Notes under the pieces: model-generated | Databases searched by the model: none | Told to the model about the DNA's origin: nothing | What the model saw: only the letters and a program-made list of their open reading frames with translations | Made by a program: the position numbers and the translations under genes | Shown: piece after piece, positions 1 to 12,330 of the stretch | Layout of the letters: every line of letters begins with the position of its first letter | Numbering within the stretch: position 1 is the first letter of the stretch | Origin: Eledone cirrhosa | Lineage: Eukaryota | Assembly: GCA_964016885.1 (NCBI GenBank) | Contig: OZ024740.1 | Coordinates: 277,760,001-277,824,000 of the forward strand | Direction: 5' to 3' | Length of the DNA stretch: 64,000 nucleotides

Positions 1-1030
1 ATCCACCAGAGTATTAAAGTTACTATACACTACCCAAGCAAACACCCCAGCCATCGATTACCTGTACTAGACACAGACCTCTGGTTAGAAACCATTAATA
101 ACAAAAAACAAATCCTCCATTCCCATTATGCCAAACCAATGACTGATCCACCGAAACTCAGCTGTTTCGGACCACACCAAAATCAACATACTGATTGCGG
201 ATTTGGTACGGGTGATGAGAAACGTGTCCCGCATGTTCAACCTCAAAGAACTAGAGAGACACATACAACACTTCATCCACCGTATGCAGTTCTCTGGTTA
301 CAATTAGAGAGATAAAATCAGAGTATATAGAGGAGCCAGAACAAAATGTGAAAAAATGGTAAATAATGATACAAATGGGACCTGCCCCTTGTATAAGAGC
401 AAATTTTGGAATAGAATAGAAAGAACTGGGAATAAGGTTAATAGAATGAACTCATGGTATGATAGCAATAAATACCAGAGTGTAATGTTCATCAATACAA
501 CCCCTAGAAGTGAATTAGCTTACAAATTTAGAAGAGCCCTAGATAAACATAAACTCAATAATAAGATAGTAGAAAGACCAGGTACCTCCATAAAAAAACA
601 CTTATTAGCAATACATACCCTTTTCAAAGACCTCCATGTATAGATAAGAAATGTATAATCTGTAAACTAATATTAACTGTAAAACTAGAAATGTAGTATA
701 TAGCATAAGATGTACCGAAGGACAATGTAGAGATAAGAATATAGTGTACATAGCTGAGACAGCTCGTAGTATAGGAGAACGGATAAATGAACACTGGCGA
801 GAGCTTCAAGATAGCAAAGAATCATTTGCACTTCACCAACATGCTAAAATAGAACATAAGGGTAAATTAGAGAACATAGAAATAAAAATAGAATCTACAC
901 ACAGAAAAGACGCAATGTTTAGACAAATCACAGAGGCAATAAACATAAATGAACTCCAACGAAATTAAATAGAAAACATGAATGGAATAGCAACATCACA
1001 ACTTACAATTAAGGACAAATTGAAAACACA
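1..1030 (+). mobile_element. Penelope-like element 3' fragment (RT thumb/linker plus GIY-YIG endonuclease), decayed
   Basis: ORF 744..968 YIAETARSIGERINEH...LHQHAKIEH...RQITEAININ matches the PLE GIY-YIG C-terminal half. Upstream ORF 356..643 (SVMFINTTPRSELA...KIVERPGTSIKKHL) resembles the PLE linker. Frameshifted and runs off the window start. Confidence 0.8.
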
Positions 1031-1321
1031 CACACTTAATGCCAGGACCGGTTGTATCTCAGCGTACTCAATAGCCAATGTAAGATACATTCCCAGAGTA
1101 TACACATAGTTATTCCCTTCAATATAACACACGTAAAACGGGTGCCTATAATAGTTCCCGGACTAGAGTTTCGGCCACACTTAATGCAGCCTCTGTCTGC
1201 ATATATTATGCAATGATGCATAATCGGCTTATGTATATATTTTAGGGACGATCGACTTTCGTGAAATTGGACCGAGGAAACAATGTTTCCGTCGGTCTTT
1301 CTAATTGCTAATACTATCTAT

Positions 1322-1477
1322 TGGTCGCAACTCCAGGTAGAAGGGGCAACGTGAAATAAAGTGTCTTGCTCAAGGACATAACGCATAGCCTGGTCCAGGA
1401 ATCGAACTCATAACCTCACGTTTGCGAATCCAATTCTCTAACCACTCAGCCACACACCTTATGTGTATGTGTGTGTG

Positions 1478-1553
<76 letters not shown>

Positions 1554-1689
1554 TACATAAGGTGTGTGGCTAGAGAATTGGATTCGCAAACGTGAGGTTA
1601 TGAGTTCGATTCCTGGACCAGGCTATGCGTTATGTCCTTGAGCAAGACACTTTATTTCACGTTGCCCCTTCTACCTGGAGTTGCGACCG
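1322..1689. repeat. Fold-back inverted duplication of a tRNA-derived SINE 5' part around a (TG)/(TA)/(CA) microsatellite
   Basis: 1322..1462 is the reverse complement of 1557..1689 apart from an 8-bp deletion and minor differences. The arms contain a B-box-like GAGTTCGATTCC and TGTCCTTGAGCAAGACAC. Confidence 0.85.
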
Positions 1690-1690
1690 A

Positions 1691-1903
1691 TATATATATT
1701 TATTTGGTTCCTTTACCGGTTTCGCAGTTCTTCTGCTTTTCAAAAGGTGAGTTGAGATGGAGGGTCTGTGGTTTTTCTCACACACACACATATATATATA
1801 TATATGTGTGTGTGAGAAAAACCACAGACCCTCCATCTCAACTCACCTTTTGAAAAGCAGAAGAACTGCGAAACCGGTAAAGGAACCAAATAAATATATA
1901 TAT
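1691..1903. repeat. Near-perfect palindrome (about 100-bp arms) centred on (TA)n
   Basis: 1691..1790 is the reverse complement of 1805..1903. Each arm carries a hammerhead motif. Confidence 0.9.
1846..1883 (+). ncRNA. Minimal type I hammerhead ribozyme, U3-A8 core variant (mirror copy 1710..1747 on minus)
   Basis: cctt-TTGAAAA-gcag aagaa ctgc-GAAA-ccgg-TA-aagg: stem I, stem II, palindromic stem III (ACCGGT), GUA triplet. Confidence 0.75.
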
Positions 1904-2016
1904 TTTTTAAAATAATAAGACTCCAGTTGCATTTTCGATTTCATCTCTTTTTCTTTATACTTTCACTCGTGTAGGACACCTCGGTTATTTTTCATTTTGT
2001 AAAAAAAAAACCTCAC

Positions 2017-2055
<39 letters not shown>

Positions 2056-2057
<2 letters not shown>

Positions 2058-2795
2058 AAGTGGGTCAGAAAGGTTCCAGGACTGATGTCAGAAAATATTT
2101 ATTTCAAACCAAACTTCACACTAAGAGTTTTCTCCTTCAAAGTAATTCCCCTCGAGTCTAATGCACTTTTCCATCCTTTTCTGCCACGCTTTCATACACT
2201 CCTGGAAGGATTCTTCCGGGATCCTCCCCAGTTCCGTCGTCACGGCCTTTTTGATGTCGGGTCGTACTCGAAGATCCATGACTCATCACCGGTGATGACT
2301 GTCCCTAGTAAGTCTGGTTCGGTTTCAAGACGCTCGAGGATGTCCTGGCACACTTGCATGCGTCGACCCTTCTGGTCATCGTTTAGCAGTTTTGTCACCA
2401 TTTTCGCGCAGACTTTCTGCATGTCCAAATCTTCAGTGAGAATCTTCCAGACGCTGTCCCGATTCATGCCCAGCTCATTTGCCATCAGTCGAACAGTCAG
2501 CCGACGATCGCTACGCACCTTCTTCCCGACGCGCTCAACGTTGACCTTAGTCCTGGTTGTTGAGGCCCTTCCGCTCCTGGGGTCATCTTCCACGTCCTCG
2601 CGTCCATCTTTAAACCACTTGCACCACGACCTGAAACAGAGGACATGTATATAAAATTATGAAGAAAAAAGTTTGATTGCTGCAGAGAACTAAGATTACA
2701 GTTACAGGGGGATTAATAGAAGGAGAAAACTCTTAGTGTGGGTTTGAAATAAATCTTTTGTGACATCAGTCCTGGAACTTTTCTGACACACCTCG
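2056..2795 (-). mobile_element. Internally deleted mariner element
   Basis: Imperfect inverted termini (GG/CGA..GTCAGAAA.GTTCCAGGACTGATGTCA) flanked by TA. ORF 2240..2593 DDPRSGR...VITGDESWIFEYDP covers the HTH and first catalytic Asp. Confidence 0.9.
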
Positions 2796-2803
2796 TATAT
2801 ATA

Positions 2804-2874
<71 letters not shown>

Positions 2875-2877
2875 ACG

Positions 2878-2980
<103 letters not shown>

Positions 2981-3049
2981 ACAAGGTTTAGTAAATAATG
3001 AAAAAGTTTCAAAATAAATTTTAAAAAATTGACTTTACCTACTATAGTT

Positions 3050-3131
3050 ACCTTTACCGATCGGTTTCGAATCCCAAAAATAAAACGTAGGCCATACGGC
3101 CCTCGTTGCAAAGAGAGATTCTCGTCAGAAG
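3050..3131 (-). ncRNA. Hammerhead ribozyme in the inverted segment of the array
   Basis: Reverse complement of the array HHR. The inversion breakpoint falls within the 5' strand of stem I. Confidence 0.8.
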
Positions 3132-3257
3132 CCTCTATCTTTACTACGGCCCTTGATAAACCTGTTCTACATCATCCACTCTCATCCCAGGAACAGTCTT
3201 TGATAGCGCTAGTTTGTGATTTAAATTCAGGAATTTTATATTCTTTGAATGAAAAGA

Positions 3258-3341
3258 ACCTTCTGACGAGAATCTCTCTTTGCAACGAGGGCCGTATGGC
3301 CCACGTTTTATTTTTGGGATTCGAAACCGATCGGTAAAGGT
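3258..3341 (+). ncRNA. Type I hammerhead ribozyme, array copy 1
   Basis: acctt-CTGACGA-gaatctc...gggattc-GAAA-ccgatcgg-TA-aaggt. Canonical core, predicted cut after A3336. Confidence 0.9.
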
Positions 3342-3740
3342 AACTATAGTAGGTAAAGTCAATTTTTTAAAATTTATTTTGAAACTTTTTCATTATTTAC
3401 TAAACCTTGTTTATATTTGTTCTGGCTCGTTAATTTATTAACCCGCCATTGAACCACACTGGCACTTGGTTGGACAATACATGCGTACCTTGGCGCCTTG
3501 TGCGTGAAAGGACGTATTTCATATTACTACTACCTCCACATACGTTGAGAACAAACCGGGTCATTCCGACTGCTGCTGATAACAGCGGTGGCTAGTTCGA
3601 CCTACCTCCTTTTGCCTCTATCTTTACTACGGCCCTTGATAAACCTGTTCTACATCATCCACTCTCATCCCAGGAACAGTCTTTGATAGCGCTAGTTTGT
3701 GATTTAAATTCAGGAATTTTATATTCTTTGAATGAAAAGA

Positions 3741-3824
3741 ACCTTCTGACGAGAATCTCTCTTTGCAACGAGGGCCGTATGGCCTACGTTTTATTTTTGG
3801 GATTCGAAACCGATCGGTAAAGGT
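3741..3824 (+). ncRNA. Type I hammerhead ribozyme, array copy 2
   Basis: Same motif shifted by 483 bp. Confidence 0.9.
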
Positions 3825-4223
3825 AACTATAGTAGGTAAAGTCAATTTTTTAAAATTTATTTTGAAACTTTTTCATTATTTACTAAACCTTGTTTATATT
3901 TGTTCTGGCTCGTTAATTTATTAACCCGCCATTGAACCACACTGGCACTTGGTTGGACAATACATGCGTACCTTGGCGCCTTGTGCGTGAAAGGACGTAT
4001 TTCATATTACTACTACCTCCACATACGTTGAGAACAAACCGGGTCATTCCGACTGCTGCTGATAACAGCGGTGGCTAGTTCGACCTACCTCCTTTTGCCT
4101 CTATCTTTACTACGGCCCTTGATAAACCTGTTCTACATCATCCACTCTCATCCCAGGAACAGTCTTTGATAGCGCTAGTTTGTGATTTAAATTCAGGAAT
4201 TTTATATTCTTTGAATGAAAAGA

Positions 4224-4307
4224 ACCTTCTGACGAGAATCTCTCTTTGCAACGAGGGCCGTATGGCCTACGTTTTATTTTTGGGATTCGAAACCGATCGG
4301 TAAAGGT
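4224..4307 (+). ncRNA. Type I hammerhead ribozyme, array copy 3
   Basis: Same motif shifted by 966 bp. Confidence 0.9.
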
Positions 4308-4480
4308 AACTATAGTAGGTAAAGTCAATTTTTTAAAATTTATTTTGAAACTTTTTCATTATTTACTAAACCTTGTTTATATTTGTTCTGGCTCGTTAAT
4401 TTATTAACCCGCCATTGAACCACACTGGCACTTGGTTGGACAATACATGCGTACCTTGGCGCCTTGTGCGTGAAAGGACG

Positions 4481-4537
<57 letters not shown>

Positions 4538-4799
4538 TATGAGTGTGTGTGCGCCCGTGCACGAATTAGGATGTGCCTTGTGAGGTTTATGTATTATAAA
4601 TAAACACGCACATAAAAATATATGTGAGGTTTATATATCATAAATAAACACGCACATAAAAACATATTTACATATATAAATACATGCACACACATACATA
4701 AATGCATGTGCGTGTGCTTGGTCCTGTGTGTGTGCGTATGTGAGTAAGTAAGTCGCATGATGGATTATATCTTTTTTTCGGCCAGCCTCACCGCTCTCA

Positions 4800-6700
4800 G
4801 GAAGAAAGAGGGTGGGCAATATCTTCTGGAGGCTGGCTGCCAAGGTGATCTGCAAGTCCGTCACACATGAACTGGGTGAGGAGTTTAGTCCGGTGCAACT
4901 GGGTGTCGGCATGTCCGGTGGCTGTGGGGGAGCCTCTCATGCAATCAGGCAGTTCTTCAGCAGCTGCCCATCGGTACCGACATCCAGGGACTCCACACAC
5001 CTCATTGTCAAGCTTGACATGAGGAATGCCTTTAACTCTTTACGCCGGGATCATCTGCTCGAGGCCTGCCTCAGCCGAGCCCCCTCTTCCTACCCGCTGG
5101 CCTACCTGTCATATGGAGCCCCGAGCATGCTCCTAGCTTCTGATACGGTCATACCTTCGGCAACTGGGGTCCAGCAGGGCGACACTTTGGGACCCCTCCT
5201 GTTCACCCTTGGTATTGACCACATCGCCCGGAGTATCACGGCCCCTCTCAACGTTTGGTATCTGGATGATGCTACGTGGGCGGGCCCGTACGGACGGTCT
5301 GCCAAGACCTTCAATCGGTGACTCGTTCCCTGGCGGGAATCGGCCTCCAGGTCAACTCGGCAAAGTGGGAGGTGGTGAACGTCATCCTCGATGTCCTCAT
5401 CCTCGGGTCACCGATCCACCCGCCGGTCATCCGCTCCACCATCAGGTCCAGGCTTCAACAGCTCCAGACTCTCACGAGCCGACTGGGGTTGATTGACGGC
5501 CACCCAGCTCTCTTTCTGCTGAGGAACTGCTTCGCCATGCCGAGGCTCCTCTATACACTCTGCAGCGCTCCATGCTACACCCAGACATCTCTCCTCGCTG
5601 ACCTCGATACTTGGATCCGAGCAGCAGCCGAGGGGATATGCAACGTCAAGTTTGACGACATAGGGTGGCAACAGGCCACTTTACCGGTCAGGTATGGCGG
5701 CCTAGGCCTCCGGTCCCCGATTTCACTAGCTTTGCCGGCGTATCTTACGTATCTTACGGTAACCTCGTGCCGCGTCCTCGTCAGCAGGGTTCTTCAAAAC
5801 AGAACAGAACCCTCTGTGTTCAGAGAACGTGAGGCCGCCTGTGAGACATGGGACCGGCTGGGACTTAGCCCAGTAGACGCCCCTCCTCCTTCTCCCACTG
5901 TTGACGTCAAGTCCCCTCAACGTATTTGGGATGCCATCCAGTGCAGCCTGGCCTCAGACAGGCTCACGCGCCAGCTCGACCAGAACCGCCTTGCTTGTTT
6001 TCGTGCGGCCTCCAAACCCCACAATGGTGCCTGGCTCCATGCTCTGCCCTCCTTCCCCACTGGCACGCAGCTAGACAACCATAGCCTGCGAATCGGCGTT
6101 TCCATGAGGCTCGGCCTCCGGATTTGCCAGCCACACCAATGTCGCTGCGGTTCCACCGTGGACTCTTTCGGCCTCCACCCGCTTTCCTGTCGCCACAGTG
6201 CCGGCCTCATTCCACGCCATACTGCCCTCAACGAGGTCATTAAGCATGGCTTGAACGCTGCAGGCTTCCCTTCCCAGCTCGAGCCGGTGGGCCTGGATCG
6301 AGGGGACGGCAAAAGGTCAGATGGCATGACCATCTTCCCGTTCTGCGGTGGCAAACCCTCGTCTGAGATGCCACTTGCACCGACACTTTCTGCAGCCGCA
6401 ACCTGGTGCAGTCTGCGACTGACCCAGGTTCTGCTGCACGTCGGGCTGAGGGGTCAAACTCCTCAAATACCGGTCGCTCTCCGACAGGTTTGCGGTCGTT
6501 CCCCTGGCAGTGGAAACTTCTGGTGTCCTCGGCCCCGGGGCTGCCTCCTTACTCACCACCATAGGCGCTGGGCTGGCCAGCCGTAGGTGTGAGTCCTGCG
6601 AGTTGGAGTGGCTTTTCCAGTGCGTCACCCTTCCCTCCTCCGGGGAAACGCCTTCTCCATTCTGTCCGCCGGGGCTGTGGGTGGGCCCCATCTGGTACCA
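4800..6700 (+). mobile_element. CRE-like non-LTR retrotransposon (RT plus restriction-like endonuclease), 5' truncated and frameshifted
   Basis: QLGVG..GG, KLDMRNAFNS, GVQQGDTLGPLLF, WYLDDAT; C-terminal CRCG...HPLSC, RH..LN, LEPVGLDRGDGKR(S)DG. Confidence 0.85.
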
Positions 6701-7249
6701 TTACATTAGTTAAATACCATTCTTTCGTTTCAAAAACACACAACTAGAGTGGGAGGGTTTCGCGATGCTGGTTTTAGGTTTGGTATGTAAAAAAACGAGT
6801 GCACACACACGTAAATTTAAGCAAGAAATGAGAGGAATAAATGTAACCAAAGCAATTTCCATAATTTACCATCGTCTCTTAAATGAAATCCTAATTAATT
6901 GCAAGTTATTTAAGGTGTCGCAGATCAGTTCTGCAAAACTTGTCACGATTCAATATTATCATTTATCATTAGTTCACTACATCTTCACCATTCTTTTTTT
7001 TTTTCGTATTTTGTTTGCTGTATGTTCTGGTAACACTAAATAAGGAATTAATTATTTTGCCATTTAGGTTAATAACGGTCTGTTTCTTGCATACTACTAT
7101 CCTGGTTTTTCTAGTTGATGATATCCATATTACTAACTTGTAATTAGTGTCAAACAAATATTTTACTTCAAAAATTATCCTTTTCCTTTATTTTATTTCG
7201 TTTTCATACTTTGCCTCATTTTTTTATACATTCATTAATTATTACACAC

Positions 7250-8280
7250 CTTTGATTGACAGTTTCAATAGACGTTTTACGACATAGAGTTACGGCCCTT
7301 AGCGTTCTGATGTCAAATTCCACCAAGGTTAGCATTGCCTTTCATCCTTACATGGTCAATAAAATAAAGCACCAGTAATGCACTGGGGGCAATTTAATCA
7401 ACTTTCCCTTCTCTTAAAATTGCTGGCCTTGTACCTAAATCAGAAAGCATTATTTATTACACACTGGATTGGCAGTATCGCTAGAGGGTCGGACGCCATG
7501 CTTTCCAGCATAGTTACGTCCCTTTACGATCTGAGTTCAAATCCCGCCGAGGTTGACTTTGCCTTTCATCCTTACGGGGTCGATAAAATAAAGTACCAGT
7601 AATGTACTGGGTAATTGCTGGCCTTGTGCCTAACGTAGAAACAATTATTTATTACACACCTTCGATTGACAGTGTCGGTAGAACATCGTGCGACATAAAG
7701 TTATGACCCTTAGCGTTCTGATTTCAAATTCCACCGAGGTTGGATTTTGCCTTTCATCCTTACAGGGTCAATAAAATAAAGTACCTGTAATGCACTGGGG
7801 TCGTATTTAATCGACTTTCTCCTTCCCCAAAAATTGTTGGCCTTGTGTCTAAATCATAAACAATTACTTATGCTCGGCCACTTACACGTTAATTCCATTC
7901 CATTTCCATTATAAATGCAATGTTTTTATTATCATTATGTTCTTTTTATAGTTACGGCCCTTTACGTTCTGAGTTCAAATCCTACCGGGGTTAACTTTGT
8001 CTTTCATCCTTACGGGGTCGATAAAATAAAGCTGGGGTCGATTTAATCGACTTTCCACTCCCCAAAATTGCAGGCCTTGTGCCTATATAAGAAACCATTA
8101 TTATTATGTTTTCTTCATAGTTATGGCGCTTTACGTTCTGAGTTCAAATCCAGCCGCGGTTGACCTTTGCCTTTCATCCTTGCGTGGCCGGCAAAGTGAA
8201 GCACCAGTGATGCACTGGGGTCGATTTAGTCGACTCGAAAGAATAAAATTGTTGGCCATGTGCCTAAATCAGAAATCATT
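7250..8280 (+). mobile_element. Cluster of about 5 head-to-tail tRNA-derived SINE copies
   Basis: Repeated GAGTTCAAATCC B box followed by the core GCCTTTCATCCTTACGGGGTCGATAAAATAAAGTACCAG and a TTA-rich tail. Confidence 0.9.
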
Positions 8281-8868
8281 TTTTTATAGTAACGGTGAAT
8301 TTTATTATTATTAATATTTATCTTCATCGTTCAATTGCCAGTTTCTCCTGTTTACAGACGTAAATCCTTACTACGATTCCTTTTAGTGTATTTCTCTTTC
8401 TATATTGTATTTCCTTTTCTCTCACTCTCACTGTCTCCTTCTTTCTTACTTTTTACCGTTCATTTTCTCTCCGTCTTTATTTCGCATCCTCTCACTTTCC
8501 CATCCTTTCTCATTCTACTGCCTTCCTATATTCGCTTTATCATTTTATTTCTCATGCCTAATGATTATTTCCTCATCATTATCTTCTTGTCATTTAATAC
8601 CACCTTCGGCATTATAGTCACAATACACTATCTGATACTACACGACCCGACACGATGGATACCATCCCTAACACTAAGCAGCAACATCATTATATTTCTT
8701 TGTCACGCTACAAGACAATCTGTATTGATGTGCTTGAGATTAACACTGTATATACCAACTTAGACGAAGCTCAACATCATAAACACCAATCTGCAATTAG
8801 TATGATAAATAGGTATTTTGATTTGGCTCTCTCTCTCTCTCTCTCTCTCTCTGTATATATATATATAA

Positions 8869-11800
8869 AGGAAATGAATTTAAAAGAGTTTAAAACCGTT
8901 AAAACATGTTTATATAATAGTGCGCCTACGTACATTTCGCCCTGAATGGGTTTATCAAGAAAGCAAAATAATGGGAAAGCAAAATAATGATGAATATAGG
9001 ACCCAGGAGGGAATTCACGGTTAAATTAACATCATCGTTCATTTTTCCCCTCTGTGCATGTGTTTTTATTATCACAGAGCAAGGAGAGTATCTCCGGGCG
9101 GCGTTCAAGCAATCAGTCCCATGTGGAATTTTATACCTGTTCATATGCTGGTGTTTAGCATCTTTATATTATGTGTGTTGTTTCACTAGTGCCAGTACAG
9201 TACAGTACATTTAATATTTAGTGGATGTTGCTTCACTAATGTTTGTTCGAGTATGGTCTGCGGTGTACATTTGTTTCACAGATGTTTGTTCATACTGCCT
9301 GCCCACCGGGGTGTTATGGTTCGGGCAGGGGGACCCAGTTCGTAGTTTTCATGTCACAGTCGCCTCCCAGGCAAAATACGACGCCTTTACAATTAATAAC
9401 TGATTTTGCTCGGCTGTTTATGAGCTCGTGGAGTGTTCTTATGATGTAGTACAGCTCCATGAAGGAGAGCTGGCATTTCCCCCTGAAGTTGTAGGGTGCA
9501 GCCCTACTGACAATATCCCAGTGTGTGGAGAAGCTTATGTTGACGTAGTTGGCAAGCGATGTGGAGTGCCTCAGTTTTTTGTTCCTGAAAAAGTGGAGAT
9601 GCGTTCTAAATCTCGTTTTAAACTGGTCGGAGATGGCTCCTATATAGTGTTTAACTCCGCTATGGCTAGTTACGGTGCACCTATAAATAACCTTATCAGG
9701 CAGTTTCCCCTGAGAGGGCAGCCTCCCCTGTCACGACAGTTGCATTTTCCGTCACGGTCGCTCCTAGTTCCTGAAGTAAAGCTATTACTATTGCTATCTA
9801 TGTTGTTATCTATGTCTCTAACTCTGTCATTGGTACTGTTATCTCTCAAGGCGTGCGGTGTTGTACCATTATTATTCCGCACGCCGCAGCCCGTTCTGCT
9901 GCCGGTGGGTGACGCGTGTGAGTCGCCGGTATATTCTCCAATGACGCCCTGGTTACGTGGGTTTCGTATGCCGGGGCGGCCATCCACCCTATTTGGTGCT
10001 GTTAGGGGGATGTTAAGGTTATTAGTGTTGTTGTCAGGTCTAGTTGTATCTGTGCTAAAGTGTAGTGTTTTGTTAATCTTACTGTGATTAGTTGCGCCTA
10101 TGATGTCAGCTAGATTGGGGGTGGTAGAGAAGGATATTTTGATATTGTTCCTGTTAAGTATTTTTCTGAATTTATGATTAGGTGGGAAATTTCTCTCCAA
10201 GGCTTCGAAGAATATCCTCGGTACATCGGAGGCCACACTCCGAGACTAGGGTGGGTGGGTGGAACCATATGATATTACGGTGGCGTTTCCGCTTTACAGT
10301 GGGTTTGCTACAGGCTGTGATTCCTAGTTGACAGTACTTACGGTTGTTCCTGTGCTGTAGCCGGTTATGCGTCCCCATACTTTATGTTCAAATGGGGGCA
10401 CCTTACCTCCGTACTTTTTATGTGTGGCTAGACGCGGGCTGGAGGGTGTTGGTAATAGGCCGCCGCCGTTGCTGGTCTTATAGTTAGGGACTAACTCTAA
10501 TAGGCTGCAGCGGGTGGCGTTACCAATCGGGTAACACTTACCATACTGTCGGTTGTCTTGGTTGCCACTCATGTAATTAACGGTGTAGCCAAGTTTCTTA
10601 GTGTGGTTCTCTATACTATAGTTCTTGACACTGTCATGGCTGCAGCGCGCTCTGTTATAGGTATGGCTCACTATAACATTAGTCCTACGTTGGGGTCGGT
10701 TTCTAGAGCTAGCGTTAAGGATGTGGGATATTTTCCGGTTAAAACCGGCATTTAGTAAAGCGTTATTGTAATATTCGGCCGCTTGGTTGAAGATATCTTC
10801 ATTGGCGGAGAGCCTCGAGATCCTATGGGATATGCTATATACTATGGAGTTGGGAGTAGACATAGGGTGGTTAGATGCATAGTTTATATAGGACAGGATC
10901 TCACCGGGCTTATGGTATGGCTTGTATAGGCCCGTACTCAACTCCAGGGTTACGTCTAGGAAATTGACTATTTGGTGGTTGAGGTCCATGGTCACTGATG
11001 GGCCATTTGTCTTAAAGAACCTGTGTATACGCTTGTTAAGGTTCTCTATCCTGCGGGGGCTGTGGCTTCGCACGGTAAACAGGGCATCGTCTCTATATAC
11101 CCCGTCATGTAGGGCCGGTATCTCGTCCCTAATTCTCTGGAGGAGATATATCCCGACCAGGTCGGTTACTTGCGCCGAGTCGCTGGACCCCATCGTGGTA
11201 TCAAAGTTATCAGGACGGTTGGTTCTGGTCCAGTAAGAGCCATCGAACTTAATAATAGTTCTACGAGCTGCGAGCACAATATCTATCTCTTTCCTAGTGA
11301 GGCTAGTATTAGACTTAGCTAGGATAAGCGCTTTATTTAGGAGTATGGAGGAGATCGATGCATAGTAGCCATCTATGTCAAACTGTATGAACTTGAGAGT
11401 TGTTTTATCAGGTAACTCTGTGAACCAATTAATGACCTGGTCGGTGCTGCTCCAGAGACAGGCCTTGGCTTTATTATTAAGTTCTAGTAGTACTCTATCT
11501 GGGATCACTTTACTAATTTTACCTATATCCGAAGTAGGTGGGCATATAAGTCTAATAGAGGGTTTTTCATTAAAGTTACATTTGTGATCCTTAAGAGAGA
11601 ATCTATGTGTCATAGGAGATATGGATTGGTGTACTTATCTATGTCTAGGCTAGTAACTATATCCTTCCCTACCCTATTTATGTCATTTAGAGTGCTAGTT
11701 GGTGTTTTCTTATAATGTTTATGTAGTTCCTTATAAATGAAATGTTTGTACTTGCTCATGTCCATCTTATACAGCTTCTTGGTTTTGTCAGAGGTAACGA

Positions 11801-12330
11801 AGAGGTGTGGGTCCTTCTTGATTCTGGTAATGAGTGCATCCAGGGATGTTATGAATGGATTACTGCCTTGGTTTTACTCTTAAACTTGATGTTTTTTATG
11901 TTTTATCAGGTCTTCCTCAACGCGGTCCAGCATGGTATTGTACGGTGGGTTTCGGTATGTTTTAAAGCCGTATCTCTCTATAGATTCTGGACGGTTGCAG
12001 TTGTCCTTATCGAGGTAGTAGGCCTTCCATCTTACTCTCCGTATAAACGAGTTAGTGGCGTCTATAAATTGCTTGATGTATGTTTCTCTGCTAGGTAGTG
12101 GGATACACTTGAGAGACATGGGTAACGGTTGATTCTCCATCGTAATGGCAAATAAAGTATGGTGCTCTACTATAAGGAGCACGTTAATAGAATGATTAGG
12201 TATCGAGAGAGAGAAGAAAGTGGAAAGATGGGCTATACATATATTTAGTTGCCAATAATTTATGCATATGTGCTCAATACTCGTGCCTACAGGGTTAAAT
12301 ATTAGAGGCGTCAATATTTAGTGGGCGAGA
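8869..12330 (-). mobile_element. Near-full-length Penelope-like element (Naiad-type RT plus C-terminal GIY-YIG), decayed
   Basis: N-terminus SLKCIPLP...FIRRVRWKAY. RT motifs LKDHK..F...RLICP, FDIDGYY, MGS, YRDDAL, VNFLDVTL, YINYASNHP. Then RNIIWF.PP, CNCR..CPL..NCL and a YIG motif near 9640. (TA)n on both sides. Confidence 0.88.
8922..8964 (-). ncRNA. Degenerate hammerhead-like motif at the PLE 3' end
   Basis: Minus strand TTGATAA-accc attca gggc-GAAA-tgtacg-TA. Stem I pairs poorly. Confidence 0.5.

Noticed and set aside
1180-1300. Ribozyme downstream of the first PLE
   Set aside because: Hairpins are present (GACCGAGGAAAC/GTTTCCGTCGGTC) but no complete hammerhead core could be assembled.
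3131-4490. CRISPR-like array, or the repeated 72-aa ORFs as genes
   Set aside because: Whole 483-bp units repeat with no unique spacers. The ORFs start at TTG, are antisense to the ribozyme and have no recognisable motif.
7465-7645. tRNA genes at the B-box motifs
   Set aside because: No full cloverleaf. Each continues into a shared SINE core and tail.
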